Shown here in pieces: positions 21,633 to 35,087 of a stretch of 64,000 nucleotides of DNA; position 1 is the first letter of the stretch, and every line of letters starts with the position of its first letter. Under the pieces are notes generated by a model, which saw only the letters and a program-made list of their open reading frames with translations, did no database searches and was not told the DNA's origin. A program made the translations under genes and the position numbers. The DNA is from Malacoraja senta (taxonomy: Eukaryota). The DNA is taken from NCBI GenBank assembly GCA_038087875.1, contig CM075981.1:19158001-19222000 (forward strand), in the 5' to 3' direction.

Positions 21633-24612
21633 TTTAAAATTAGAACAGATACAGGAGAATTATTAAAAATGCCCAAGGATATAAACGAGAGATTTCTCCA
21701 ATACTATCATAATCTTTATTCAACTAAAACTGTAGTAGAACCAGAAGGAATAGCAGATTTTTTACTAAAATGTAATTTAAAAGGTTTAGACTCAAACGAT
21801 AGAGAATTATTAGAAGGGGAGATTACGATAAAGGATATTGAAGAGTCTATTGGTTCTTTAAAAAACGGTAAAGCAGTAGGACCAGATGGTTTAGGCTCTG
21901 AATTCTATTAAAAAAATTATGACTTGCTCTCCCCACGTTTACAAAGGCTGTATGAGCATATCTATACTCAACAGAAACTTCCAGATACTTTAAATGAATC
22001 TATAATAACACTTATTCCTAAAGTTGATAAAGATCCGGAAGATCCGGGATCATATAGAGCAATTGCACTTTTAAATACAGATCAGAAAATATTAACTAAA
22101 ATACTAGCGCATAGATTAAGTACAGTGATGAATAAATTAATACACCCTGACCAAACAGGCTTTATTCGGAAAAGGTACTCATGTTATAATCTAAGAAGAT
22201 TATTTAATATTATATATTCTAAGAGAATTATTAATGAAGATCTAGCAATAATCTCACTTGACACTGAAAAAGATTTTGATCAGGTTGAATGGTCCTATTT
22301 ATTTTCGGTGATGGAAAAAGTGCAGCTAGGGGAGAAATTCTGCACATGGATAAAACTGTTATATACAAATCCTACGGCTAGAATATTAACAAACCAAAGG
22401 TTGTCATCTAAATTCAGCCTATCTAGAGGTTGTAGACGAGGTTGAGTATAGATATGCTCCATTATTATTTGCGCTTGCTATTGAGCCACTCGCAGAAAGA
22501 GTTAGGGGTCATCCGGAAATACATGGGTATAACACAAAGGATACAGTGAATAAAATTTCTCTATACGCAGATGATGTACTAATTTACATTACAAAACCAG
22601 AAATTAGTATTCCAAACTTATTAAAGCTAATAACCCAATTTGGTTCACTCTCAGGATACAGAATAAATTGGAATAAAAGTGAAATTATGCCAATAAGGGA
22701 ACACAACAAACATATAATACAACAATTTCCATTTAAAATAGTAAACGAAAAATTCAAATACCTAGGCATTTACGTCACTAAGATATATACATCATTATTT
22801 AAAGCAAATTTTCCCCCATTACTGAACAAACTACATAAGAATATTCAATATTGGAAAACACTTCCTATCTCAATGGTTGGCAAAATTAATGCCATAAAAT
22901 GATTTTTTTACCGCAAATATTATACCTTTTTCAGACAATTCCGATATATTTGTCAAAAAACGTTTAAAAAAAATTGGATTCCATTGTTAATGATTTTATC
23001 TGGGATTATAAGAATCATAGGATAAACAAAAGACATTTGTGTAAATCAAAAATAAATGGAGGCTTGGTTTTACCAAACTTTCTGTTTTATTTTTGGGCAG
23101 TTAATATTAAAAATATGAATTTCTGGTTGGAAGAAATAGATCAACAACCAGATTGGTTAAAAATGGAAAAGGAAGATTGTTTACCTTTTGATATCGGCTC
23201 GATATTATTTGCTACGTCTAAATTAAAGAAAAAAATGTATATGGAAAACCCTATAATATTTAGTGCTATACGAATTTGGAAACAATTAAAAAAGACACTA
23301 AAATTAGATAATTTATCACTTTTTCTTCTAATTGTGAATAACCCTTTGTTTAAGCCCTCATGGTTGGACAGGGGTTTTACACAATGGAAGAATTATGGAA
23401 TTAAAAATATGGGACAACTTTACAAGGAAGGCACTTTTCTTACATTTCAGGAGTTGCAACAGACTTATGGACTTCGAGGAAATGATTTTTTCAGATATCT
23501 TCAACTCAGAGATTATGTAAAATCGAATACTCAAAATGTTCAAATTAGAAATTCAGAAATTCTTGATGAATGTTGGAATAAACATCCTAATACAGAAAAA
23601 TTTATATCTTATATATATAATATTTTATTAGACAATGACATTCCATCGACGGACTTACACAGACAAACATGGGAAAAATAATTAAATCAAATAATAATGA
23701 AAGATACTTAGGAAGAAAGTTTACAACACATACATCAATGTTCATTAAATGCCAGACATTCTTTAATACAATTTAAAGTAATACATAGGTTACATTATTC
23801 AAAAACAAAATTACATAAAATCTTTCAACATATCTCACCTATATGTGATAAATGTCAACATTTAGAAGCTAACTTATCTCATATGTTTGCAAACTGTGTA
23901 AAAATTTAAAAATTCTGGGTAAATATTTTCAGTATAATATCTAAAGTGACCAGCACACAATTGGACCCGGATCCAAAATTAATAATACTCGGAACATTAG
24001 AATTAAATCAAACATTTACAACAACACAAAGAAACTTTATTGATTATAGTATAATAACGGGAAAAAAAATAATTCTAAAATTTTGGAAAGGCCCTATAAC
24101 CCCCACAATCAAAATGTGGATTATAGAAATGACGGAGACCTTAAACGTGGAAAGAATCAGATTTTCCCTGTTGGACAAACAGGAATTATTCGTTGGAACA
24201 TGGTCTCCCTTTATTGATTATTTAAAGGGTCAGAATGGTTCAGCACAAGAACCTGACTAACACTCGGGCTAAAGAATGGATGAAATGTTATACTCTGAAA
24301 TGTACGAATATATCTCGAACGAAGTTTTTTATCTTAATAAATTTTTCCATTCTTCTTTAACTATCTTTTTCTTTTCTGTTTTTTTCTTTTTTTTTTCCCT
24401 TCTCTCTCTTTTCTTCTCTCTCTTTTCTTTCTTTACATCATCTATCTTTTTAGTTCTATCTAGTTTTAAAAAACAACAAAAAAAGGCAAAAGGTATTGGA
24501 GACAATGTAATAATAATTGACAATATTATCAATTTAAAAATGCAAGACTGGTAATGATGTTAATATGTTATGTACTTATCTCCAATAAAAAATTATTTTC
24601 AAAAAAAAAAAA
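21633..24612 (+). mobile_element. L1-clade LINE, 5'-truncated, ORF2 disrupted
   Basis: KAVGPDG..SEFY, YRAIALLNTDQKIL.KILA.RL, SLYADDVL and a C-terminal Cys/His knuckle; AATAAA at 24584 with a poly(A) tail; 13-bp TSD AAGATTATTCAAG (21620-21632 and 24613-24625). Confidence 0.93.
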
Positions 24613-25479
24613 AAGATTATTCAAGCATATATAAAAATAACAATAGAGGTGCAAAGTCACAAACAATACCTCCATGTCTTTGCAGTTCGGAGCTTATTTG
24701 GAGGCTGTGGTGTTTAATAGCTTGATGGTTGATCAAAAGAATCTGCTTCTGAACCTGGACAGTACAGTTTTCAGGCTCCTGTGCCTTCTTCCCGATGGCA
24801 GGAGTGCAATGACAATGTGGCCAAAATGGTGTGGTCTCTGAGGATTCTTGCTGCTTTTTTGAGCCAGTAATTTCTGTAGATCTCTTCGATGGTGGGGAGG
24901 TTTGTAGCTACTTTAGAGTCAGTCTGGAGATATCCCCGAGTGAGTGTAGCTGGAGATACTGGCCAGTGGATGGATATCCCCTGAGAGAGAGTAACCGTGA
25001 ACACCGATGCATGGATATCTCATGTGAGAGAGTTACTGAGAGACACAAGACATGGAAAAGATAACTCTGAAGGAGAGGGAGGAGGGTCACAGGTGCCTGT
25101 ACAGATATCCTTGAGCGAGAGATACCTGCCAGGGAGAGGGGGAACTGAGAGGCACCAGTCAGTGAGAAATACAGGAAGACACCAGTCTATGTATTGGAGT
25201 AAGAGAAGTATTGGACCAAAGGGGTAACTTCTGTATGAAGTCAGGGAATGTGCCCCGGTTCTAACTGAATACTTCTCATTTGTATTGACCAAGAAGAAGG
25301 ATGTTATAAATAGTAGGTTCAGATAAGAAATATGTGGATAATCGAGCATGACAGTAAGTAGGGGGAGGCGTTAGATGCCATGAATAAATCCCCAGTGCCG
25401 CACGAGGGAAGCAAGGGAAGAAATTCCAGACAGAGATGTTTGCATCTTTATTGGCCACTGTTTTTGTTCCAGGGGACTG

Positions 25480-27085
25480 GGAGATATCTTCCAATATTTA
25501 AGAAGGGCAGCAGGGATAAGTTAATGAAACATGTCAGCGGCAGGGAAATTATTAAGAAATTTCTAAGGGATAGGAGTGATGAACGCTTTGAAAGGCAGGG
25601 ACTGATCAGTAATAGTCAGCATAGAACATGGAACAGTACTGCACAGGAAAGGGCCCTTCAGACGGCAATGTTTGTGCCAAACATGATGCCTAGTTAAAAT
25701 GCTCTCATCTGCCTGCACATGATATATTAGCATGGGTAGAGGATTGGCTAACAAATAGGAAGCAGAGAGTGGGGATAAATGGTTCATACTCGGGATGGCA
25801 ACCGGTAACTAGCGGGGTTCCGCAAGGGTCGGTGCTGGGACCCCAGTTGTTCACAATTTATATAAATGATTTGGAGGAGGGAACCAAGTGTAATATATCA
25901 AAATTTGCGGACGATACAAAAATGGGAGGAAAAGTAGGGGATGAGGAGGATAGGAAGAGTCTGCAAAAGGATATAGATAAGCTAGGTGAGTGGGCAACAA
26001 CTTGGCAGATGAAATTTAATACTAATAAATGTGAAGTCATTCACTTTGGGAAAAAAAATGATAGGGCAAGTTATTTTCTAAATGAGGTGGAGCTGCGTTG
26101 TAATGCAACGCAAAGGGATCTAGGGGTAGTAGTACATGAATCACTAAAAGTTAGTATGCAGGTGCAGCAAGCAATCAGGAAGGCCAATGGAGTTTTGGCC
26201 TTTATTGCTAGGGGGATTGAGTATAAAAACACGGAGGTCTTGCTGCAGCTGTACACAGTATTAGTGAGACCACATTTGGAATACTGTGTACAGTTCTGGG
26301 GTCCATACTTAAGAAAGGATGTACTGGCCCTGGAGGCAGTGCAGCGAAGGTTTACAAGATTAATTCCTGCAATGAGGGGATTGACATATGAGGAAAGGTT
26401 AAGTAGGCTGGAACTCTACTCTTTGGAGTTTAGAAGAATGAGAGGCGATCTCATTGAAACATATAAGATCGTGAGGGGCCTTGATCGGGTGGATGCACCG
26501 AGGATGTTCCCAATGATCGGGGAAACTAGAACTAGGGGACATAGTTGTAGAATAAGAGGGGGCTCTTTTAAAACTGAGATGAGGAAGAACTTCTTCACCC
26601 AGAGGGTGGTTAATTTATGGAATTCACTGCCCCAGGGAGCAGTGGAAGCAGAAACATTAAATATATTTAAGTCTAAAATAGATGGTTTTTTAGCTGCCAA
26701 GGGGATAAGGGGCTACGGGGAGAGGGCAGGGATATGGACCTAGGTATGGTTAGTATAGTAAGACCTGAGTGATCTCCTGGACAAGTGTCGATCGCCTGGA
26801 TTGGGGTCGGAGAGGAATTTCCCGGATTTTTTTCCCGAATTGGACCTGGGTTTTTATCCGGTTTTTTGCCTCCCCCAGGAGATCACGCGGTTCTTGGGGT
26901 GGAGAGGGGTGATAGCGATATAAAGGGGAGGGTAGTGTCTTGTGTTCTGTGTCTTGTGTCTACTGTTTGTGGGTAAGGGTGTCTGTTTAGTGTTCAGCCA
27001 TGAGCGAATGGCGGTGCGGGCTCGATGGGCCTGGTGGTCTACTCTCGCACCTACTTTCTATGTTTCTATGTTTCTATGATCCATA
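25480..27085 (+). mobile_element. CR1 LINE, relatively young (324-aa uninterrupted RT C-terminal ORF at 25769-26743)
   Basis: [28 protein letters not shown], open frame, 3' UTR and (tttctatg)n tail. Confidence 0.95.
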
Positions 27086-27789
27086 TCCCTCTACTCCCTG
27101 CACTTCCATGTGCCTATCCAAATACCTTCTAAATGGCACTGCTATATCTGCCTCTCCACCCCAGCAATGTGTTCCAGACCCCCACCACTCTGTGTAAAAA
27201 ACATGCCCCGCACATCTCTATTAAACATCCCCCCCTTTCACCTTATTGCCACATCCTGTAATGTTGTACATATCCTCCCTGGGGAAAATGGTGCTGAATG
27301 TCTATTCTCTTTCTGCCTCTCATAATTTTATATACTTCTTTCGAGTCTCCCCTTAACCTCTGACGTTCCAGAGAATATAATCCAATTGTATCCAACCTCA
27401 AAATGTCTCCACATCTTTCCTGCAATCAGGCGACCAGAATTGCATGCAATACTCCAAATGTGGCCCAACCAAAGTCCAATAGAGCAGCAGTATGACTTCC
27501 TGATCCTTATATTCAATGTCCATAGCAATGAAGACAAGCATACCATATGCCTTTTTTTCCACCCTATCTATGTGCAGCCGTCTCTAGTGAGTTTTGAACT
27601 TGACTCCAAGATCCCTCTACACATCAATCTGTTAAGGGTTTTGCCATTAACTATACTGTCTCCTTACATTCAACCTCTTGATGTGCAACACCTCATACTT
27701 GCTCGGGTTAGAGTTAATTTGCCATTTTTCCGCCCACTTCTGCAGCTGATCTATATCCTGCTGTATCTTCTGACAGCCTTCCTCACCAT

Positions 27790-30700
27790 ATGCATGATTT
27801 TGAACAAGATATTGACCCTGGAAATAATTTTCTTAACAATATAAACAATAACTGCTGTTATTACTCTGAAGATCAATTCAACATGAACATAAAATCAGAT
27901 CATGGAATGTCAATAATTCATTTCAATAGCAGATGTTTATATGGAAATTTTCACAACATCAAGGATTACTTAAGTCATCTAAACAAACCATTCAATGTGA
28001 TAGCCATATCTGAGACCTGGCTTAGTACTGAAAAGGGTGTGGATTTTGAGTTAAATGGATATGAACTGAGTTACATAAATAGGAAAAATAAAAAAGGAGG
28101 AGGGGTGGCTTTGTATGTAGATAAAAGATTAAATTATAAAATAGTGGAAAATATGACAACTAATATTGATGATGTGATGGAGATTATTACTGTAGAAATC
28201 TACCTGGAAAAAAAGAAAAATGTAATTGTAAGTTGTGTATACAGAGCACCTGGTTCCAATATTGAAATATTTAAGAATAGTATGGAAAGATTGTTTGCCA
28301 AGAAAGATCACAGAGTTGTGTTCATTTGTGGGGATTTTAATTTAGATCTCTTAAATCCCAACAAGCACAAACAGAATGATGAATTTATCGATGTATTGTT
28401 CAGTATGAGTTTTTTTCCACTTATCACCAAACCAAGTAGAATAACATCTCACTGTGCAACTCTAATAGACAACATATTTACAAACAGTATGGACAACAGC
28501 ATAAAGAGTGGGTTACTACTAAATGACATCAGTGACCATCTGCCGGTTTTTGTAATGTTTGTTTGTGATTATGTTAAGTGTAAGGATGTTAATAAGATTA
28601 GATACAGGAGAGTAAGAACAGAAGAATCTATAAATAAATTTAGTATTACTGACCCAAAATTGGAAACAGGTGTTTAAAGAGACTGATACCAACAAAGCGT
28701 ATGAAACATTCCTGATAATATTTAAATCATTATATGATGAACACTGTCCTTTGAAACAACACAACAAGAAGCAAAAATATATAGTTAGGCCATGGATGAC
28801 AAAAGGACTACAAAATGCATGCAAAATAAAGAATATCTTGTATAAAGAATTCATAAAATTCAGAACTATAGAAGCAGAAAGTAAATACAAAAGATATAAA
28901 AACAAATTGACTAGTATTATGAGGACATGTAAGAAAGATTATTATAATAAAATAATAAACGATAATAAAAATAATATCAAGGGTATATGGAATGTGTTAA
29001 ATAATATTATCAGGAATGGATCAATGAATATAAACTACCCTCAGTATTTTGAAGACAATGATACAACTGTAAGCGATATGAATGATGTGGTTAATGGGTT
29101 TAACACATTTTTTGTAAGTGTGGGACCAAAACTGGCAGAAGAAATCGATAATCCACAGTCAGAAGAAGGAGAGGGGAAGGTTGTGGATTTGTTAGACAGC
29201 AACCCAAACTCAATATTTTTCAAAGCAGCTGATGAAAAGGAGATTATTGACATTGTTAGTAATTGTAAGAATAAAAGGTCTACAGACAGGAATGACATTG
29301 ATATGGCTTTAATCAAGGTAGTCATTGGTGTATTTGTAAAACCCTTAACTTATATTTGCAATTTATCTTTCAAAACTGGTGTATTTCCATGTAAAATGAA
29401 AACTGCCAAAGTCATCCCACTATACAAAGCTGGAGACAGAAATGAATTTACAAATTACAGGCCGATGTCGTTACTCTCTCAGTTCTCAAAAATATTAGAA
29501 AAACTGTAGGTAAGCAGATTAGATAACTTTATCGAGAAGCACGAATTGCTAGTTGATAGTCAATATGGATTCAGGTCAAACAGATCGACATCCATGGCAT
29601 TAATGGAGTTAATTGAAGACATTACCAGTTCTATAGATAACAAGCAATATGCAGTGGGTGTATTTATAGATTTGAAAAAAGCATTCGATACAATTGATCA
29701 TCATTTGCTAAGAAAAAAACTGGAAAAGTATGGAATCAGAGGGGTTGTACTAGAGTGGATGAGAAGCTACATAAGTAAAAGACATCAGTTTGTGCAAATA
29801 GGGGACTGCAAATCAACATGCTTAGAAATAACTTGTGGATTCCCACAGGGGTCGGTTTTGGGCCCCAAATTATTTATTTTGTATATTAATGATATATGTA
29901 GGGTGTCAAACCTCTTGAAATTTGTGTTATTTGCAGATGACACTAATATTTTCTGTGATGGGGACAATTTGCAGCAGCTTTTGGAGGTGGTCACAGCTGA
30001 AATGAGTAAACTAAAAACATGGTTTGATTTGAATAAATTATCATTAAATTTAAACAAAACAAAACTTATGCTGTTTGGAAAACGCAAAATAAATACACAA
30101 GTAAAAGTAATGATAAATAATGTTGAAATAGAAAGAGTGTATGAAAATAAATTTCTGGGTCTGATTCTTGATCACAAAATCTGCTGGAAACCCCATATAA
30201 AACATGTGAGAGCAAAAGTAGCACAGAGTATTGGAGTGATGGGGAAAGCAAGGCATGTTTTGAATGAGAGAGCACTGTATATTCTGTACAGCTCACTTGT
30301 GTTACCGTATTTAAGTTACTGTGTGGAAGTATGGGGCAACACCTACAAAACCACCTTACAATCACTAAGCACACTACAAAAAAAGAGCTATTCATATAGT
30401 AAACAATGTAGGATATTATGAACACACCAATATACTGTATTTAAAATTAGACACCTTAAAGATTAAGGATCTGGTAGAATTTAAGACTGCACAAATAATT
30501 TATAAAGCAAAAAATAAACTGCTACCTGTAAACATACAAAAACTGTTCAGAGACAGAGAGGGGGGTTATAACTTTAGAGGGAAACTAAACTTGAAACAGC
30601 ATTATGCTCGGACCAATTTAAAAAGTATGTGTATTTCCATTTGTGGGGTGGTTTTGTGGAATGGTCTTGGCGAAACAATTAAACAAAGTATGAATATAAT

Positions 30701-31233
30701 GCAATTTAAAAAAATGTACAAAAGATATATCTTTGAAACGTACAGTAATGAGGAAGGAGAATGTAAATCTCACAGATGTTAATGGTGCTTGTTCTTTTTG
30801 TTCTTTTCTTTTTTTGTTCTTTTTTTCTTAATAGCTTGATTGGAGTAGTTTTATTTGAATTGTCTGTTTATTTTATTTTATTGAATTTTGCATTTGTTAA
30901 TGGTGAAGAATGGGGGTTGGACTTGACAAGCATAGGCTTCTTCCTATCCCTTTTTGAACGAGTCTAATGTGTATTATGTTGAAATTGGCTTTTGATTTTT
31001 TAATTTATGTNNNNNNNNNNNNNNNNNNNNNNNNNNNNNNNNNNNNNNNNNNNNNNNNNNNNNNNNNNNNNNNNNNNNNNNNNNNNNNNNNNNNNNNNNN
31101 NNNNNNNNNNNNNNNNNNNNNNNNNNNNNNNNNNNNNNNNNNNNNNNNNNNNNTCATTTTCATCTTTTCTTTTCTTCTTTTTTTAATCGTTCGAAATAAA
31201 AAGATATCAAATCAAATCAAATCAAATCAAATC
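27790..31233 (+). mobile_element. APE-RT LINE of the L2/Crack/Daphne type (ORF2 with stops and frameshifts), (CAAAT)n tail
   Basis: Endonuclease motifs HFNSR, AISETWL, GGGVALYV, CGDFN, TLIDNIF, SDHLP; RT motifs YRP.SLL, QYGFR, DLKKAFDT, PQGSVLGP, FADDT. Clade assignment is by eye. Confidence 0.85.
31011..31153. other. N run (143 nt); a homologous N run of 141 nt lies at 33690-33830
   Basis: Both runs have identical flanks (taatttatgt / tcattttcatc) in inverted orientation. Confidence 0.95.
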
Positions 31234-31295
31234 TCCAACTCCTCCAATTTTGGTGTCGTCAGCAAACTTACTCACCACTCATCTACATTTACATC

Positions 31296-33547
31296 TAGAG
31301 TAGACAAAATGTTTAAGAAGGAACTGCAGATGCTGCAAAATCAAAGGTAGACAAAAATGCTGGAGAAACTCAGCGAGTGAGGCAGCATCTATAGAGCGAA
31401 GGAAACGGCAATGTTTCGGGTCGAGACCCTTCTTCAGACTGATGTGAAACTGTACTTATCCTTGGACCAGGACCCCACAGAGGAGCACCAGGCCACTATC
31501 TCTAGCACTATCACTGACTTCATCACATCCGGCTCCCTGCCCTCCCAAGCTTCCAACCTCATCGTTCCGCAGCCCCGCACGGCCCGATTTTACCTTCTCC
31601 CCAAAATCCACAAACCTGACTGTCCTGGCAGACCCATTGTTTCTGCCTGTTCGTGTCCTACCGAACTCATTTCCACATACCTAGACTCCATCCTATCCCC
31701 CCTGGTTAAATCCCTCCCTACCTATGTTCAAGACACCTCACACGCTCTTTGTCTACTCCAGAACTTCCGTTTTCTAGGCACGCATTCCCTAATCTTCACC
31801 ATGGATGTCCAGTCACTCTACACCTCCATCCCCCACCAAGAGGGTCTTAAAGCCCTCCGTTTCTTCCTCGACTGCAGAACCAACCAATCCCCGTCCACTG
31901 ATACTCTCCTCCACCTACGTTAACAACTTTTTGTTTGACTCCTCCCATTTCCTCCAAATACAAGGAGTAGCTATGGGCACGCGCATGGGCCCTAGCTATG
32001 CCTGCCTCTTTGTAGGGTACGTCGAACAATCTTCGTTCGAGGCGTACCAGGGTCCTATCCCCAAACTCTACCTCCACTACATCGACGACTGCATTGGTGC
32101 TACCTCCTGCACCCACACACAACTCACTGACTTCATCCATTTCACCACTAACTTCCATCCGGCACTCAAATACACCTGGACCATTTCCGACATTTCCTTA
32201 TCATTTTTAGACCTCACTATCTCCATCACAAGTGATAGACTACTGACCGACATCCACTATAAACCCACCGACTCCCATGGGTATCTGGACTACTATTCTT
32301 CCCACCCTGCTTCTTGTAAGGACTCCATCCCCTACACCCAATTACTCTGGCTACGCCGCATCTGCACCCAGGATGAGGTGTTCCACACCAGGGCATCGGA
32401 GATGTCCTCATTCTTCAGGGAACGGGAGTTCCCCTCTTCTACTATAGATGAGGCTCTCACCAGGGTCTTTTCTATACCCTGTAACTCTGCTCTCACTCCC
32501 CATCCCCCCACTCGTAACAAGGGCAGAGTCCCCCTTGTCCTCACCTTCCACCCTACCAACCGTCACATACAACAAATAATCCTCCAACATTTTTGCCCCT
32601 CCAATGGGATCCCACCACCGGCCACATCTTCCCATCTCCTCTCATGTCTGCTTTCCACAGAGACCGCTCCCTCCGTAACTCCCTGGTCAATTTGTCCCTT
32701 CCCACCCAAACCACCCCCTCTCCTGGCACTCTTCCCTTGCAACCGCAGGAAATGCTACACTTGTCGCTTTACCTCCCCCCTTGACTCCATTCTAGGAACC
32801 AAGCAGTCTTTCCAGGTGCGGCAGAGGTTCACCTGCACCTCCTCCAACCTCATCTATTGCATCCGCTGCTCTAGGTGTCAGCTCCTCTACATCGGTGAGA
32901 CCAAGCGTAGGCTGGTGATTGTTTCGCCTAACATCTCCGCTCGGTTCGCATTATCCTACCTGATCTTCCGGTGGCCCAGCACTTAAACTCCCCCTCCCAT
33001 TCCGAATCTGACCTCTGTCCTGGGCCTCCTCCATGGCCAGAGTGAGGACCACTGTAAATTGGAGGAGCAGCACCTCATAACTTGGGCAGTTAACACCCCA
33101 GCGGTATGAACATTGACTTATCTAATTTCAGGTAGTCCTGGGGAGAGACAAGACTTTGCCTTCCATCACAGTGAGGAGGAGATTCACTGTGATGGATGTT
33201 TGTGTAAATTGTGTTGGTGTGTGTCTTGGTTCTCTTCTTGTTGTATGACTGCAGAAACCAAATTTTGTTTGAACTTCATTTGAGATCAAATGACAATAAA
33301 CAGTATTGTAATTGTAATTTCTCCTCCCCTTCTCACCTCTCCCTCAGCCCACTGTCTCTGCCTCTTCCTTTCTTCTTCCTGCCCCCCCCCACCCTCACAT
33401 CAGTCTGAAGAAGGGTCTCGACCCGAAACGTTGCCTATTTCCTTCGCTCCATAGATGCTGCCTCACCCGCTGAGTTTCTCCAGCATTTTTGTCTACCTTT
33501 GATTTTGCAGCATCTGCAGTTCCTTCTTAAACATTTTGTCTACTCTA
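31296..33547 (+). mobile_element. Penelope-like element A (RT plus GIY-YIG, frameshifted) with an inverted 3' terminus at its 5' end
   Basis: FYLLPKIHK, PGRPIVS, DVQSLYTSIP, GVAMG, YIDD, NLIYCIRC...YIGETKR; 31296-31447 is the reverse complement of 33396-33547. Confidence 0.93.
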
Positions 33548-34545
33548 GATGTAAATGTAGATGAGTGGTGAGTAAGTTTGCTGACGACACCAAAATTGGA
33601 GGAGTTGGAGATTTGATTTGATTTGATTTGATTTGATATCTTTTTATTTCGAACGATTAAAAAAAGAAGAAAAGAAAAGATGAAAATGANNNNNNNNNNN
33701 NNNNNNNNNNNNNNNNNNNNNNNNNNNNNNNNNNNNNNNNNNNNNNNNNNNNNNNNNNNNNNNNNNNNNNNNNNNNNNNNNNNNNNNNNNNNNNNNNNNN
33801 NNNNNNNNNNNNNNNNNNNNNNNNNNNNNNACATAAATTAAAAAATCAAAAGCCAATTTCAACATAATACACATTAGACTCGTTCGAAAAGGGATAGGAA
33901 GAAGCCTATGCTTGTCAAGTCCAACCCCCATTCTTCACCATTAACAAATGCAAAATTCAATAAAATAAAATAAACAGACAATTCAAATAAAACTACTCCA
34001 ATCAAGCTATTAAAAAAAAAAGAACAAAAAAAGAAAAGAACAAAAAGAACAAGCACCATTAACATCTGTGAGATTTACATTCTCCTTCCTCATTACTGTA
34101 CTTTTCAAAGATATATCTTTTGTACATTTTTTTAAATTGCATTATATTCATACTTTGTTTAATTGTTTCGCCAAGACCATTCCACAAAACCACCCCACAA
34201 ATGGAAATACACATACTTTTTAAATTGGTCCGAGCATAATGCTGTTTCAAGTTTAGTTTCCCTCTAAAGTTATAACCCCCCTCTCTGTCTCTGAACAGTT
34301 TTTGTATGTTTACAGGTAGCAGTTTATTTTTTGCTTTATAAATTATTTGTGCAGTCTTAAATTCTACCAGATCCTTAATCTTTAAGGTGTGTAATTTTAA
34401 GTACAGTATATTGGTGTGTTCATAATATCCTACATTGTTTACTATACGAATAACTCTTTTTTGTAGTGTGCTTAGTGATTGTAAGGTGGTTTTGTAGGTG
34501 TTGCCCCATACTTCCACACAGTAATTTAAATACGGTAACACAAGT
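33548..34545 (-). repeat. Inverted copy of 30295-31295 (host flank of PLE A)
   Basis: Reverse complement with only a few substitutions and indels, including the LINE 3' end, the N run, the (CAAAT)n tail and the CR1 stub. Confidence 0.95.
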
Positions 34546-35087
34546 AATTTATATGTATCATAAACAACAGAAGTCGCAGAACTGATATCTGCGGACTTCC
34601 ACTGGTCATGGACTTCCAGCCGGAATATCCACCTTCAACCACAACCATCTGTTTTCTATGAATAAGGCAGTTCTGAATCCATACGACCAAGTCATCACGA
34701 ATTCCATATATCTTAATCTTCTGGATCAGCCTACCAGCTGCAAAGTACATTTGGAACCTCACCAATATCCTCGACTTCAAATAGAGATTCCCCCCAGTAC
34801 CTATTGTCACCCTCTTTTTTAACATACATATATAAAGCCTTGAGATTTTCCTCAATCCATCTCGCCAATAACATTTCATGGCCCCATGGCTTTTCTAATC
34901 ACTCGTTTGAGTTCTTTCCTACTCGTTTTATATTCCTCATAAGCCCTGACTGATTCCACCTTCTTAAACTTGACATATGCTTCCTTTTTCTGACTGACCA
35001 AGTTTACAAGCTCCTTGGTCATCCATGGTTCCCTTACCTTGCCATCCTTATCTGTCCTCCTCCCTGGAGCAAGCCAATCCTGTACTT

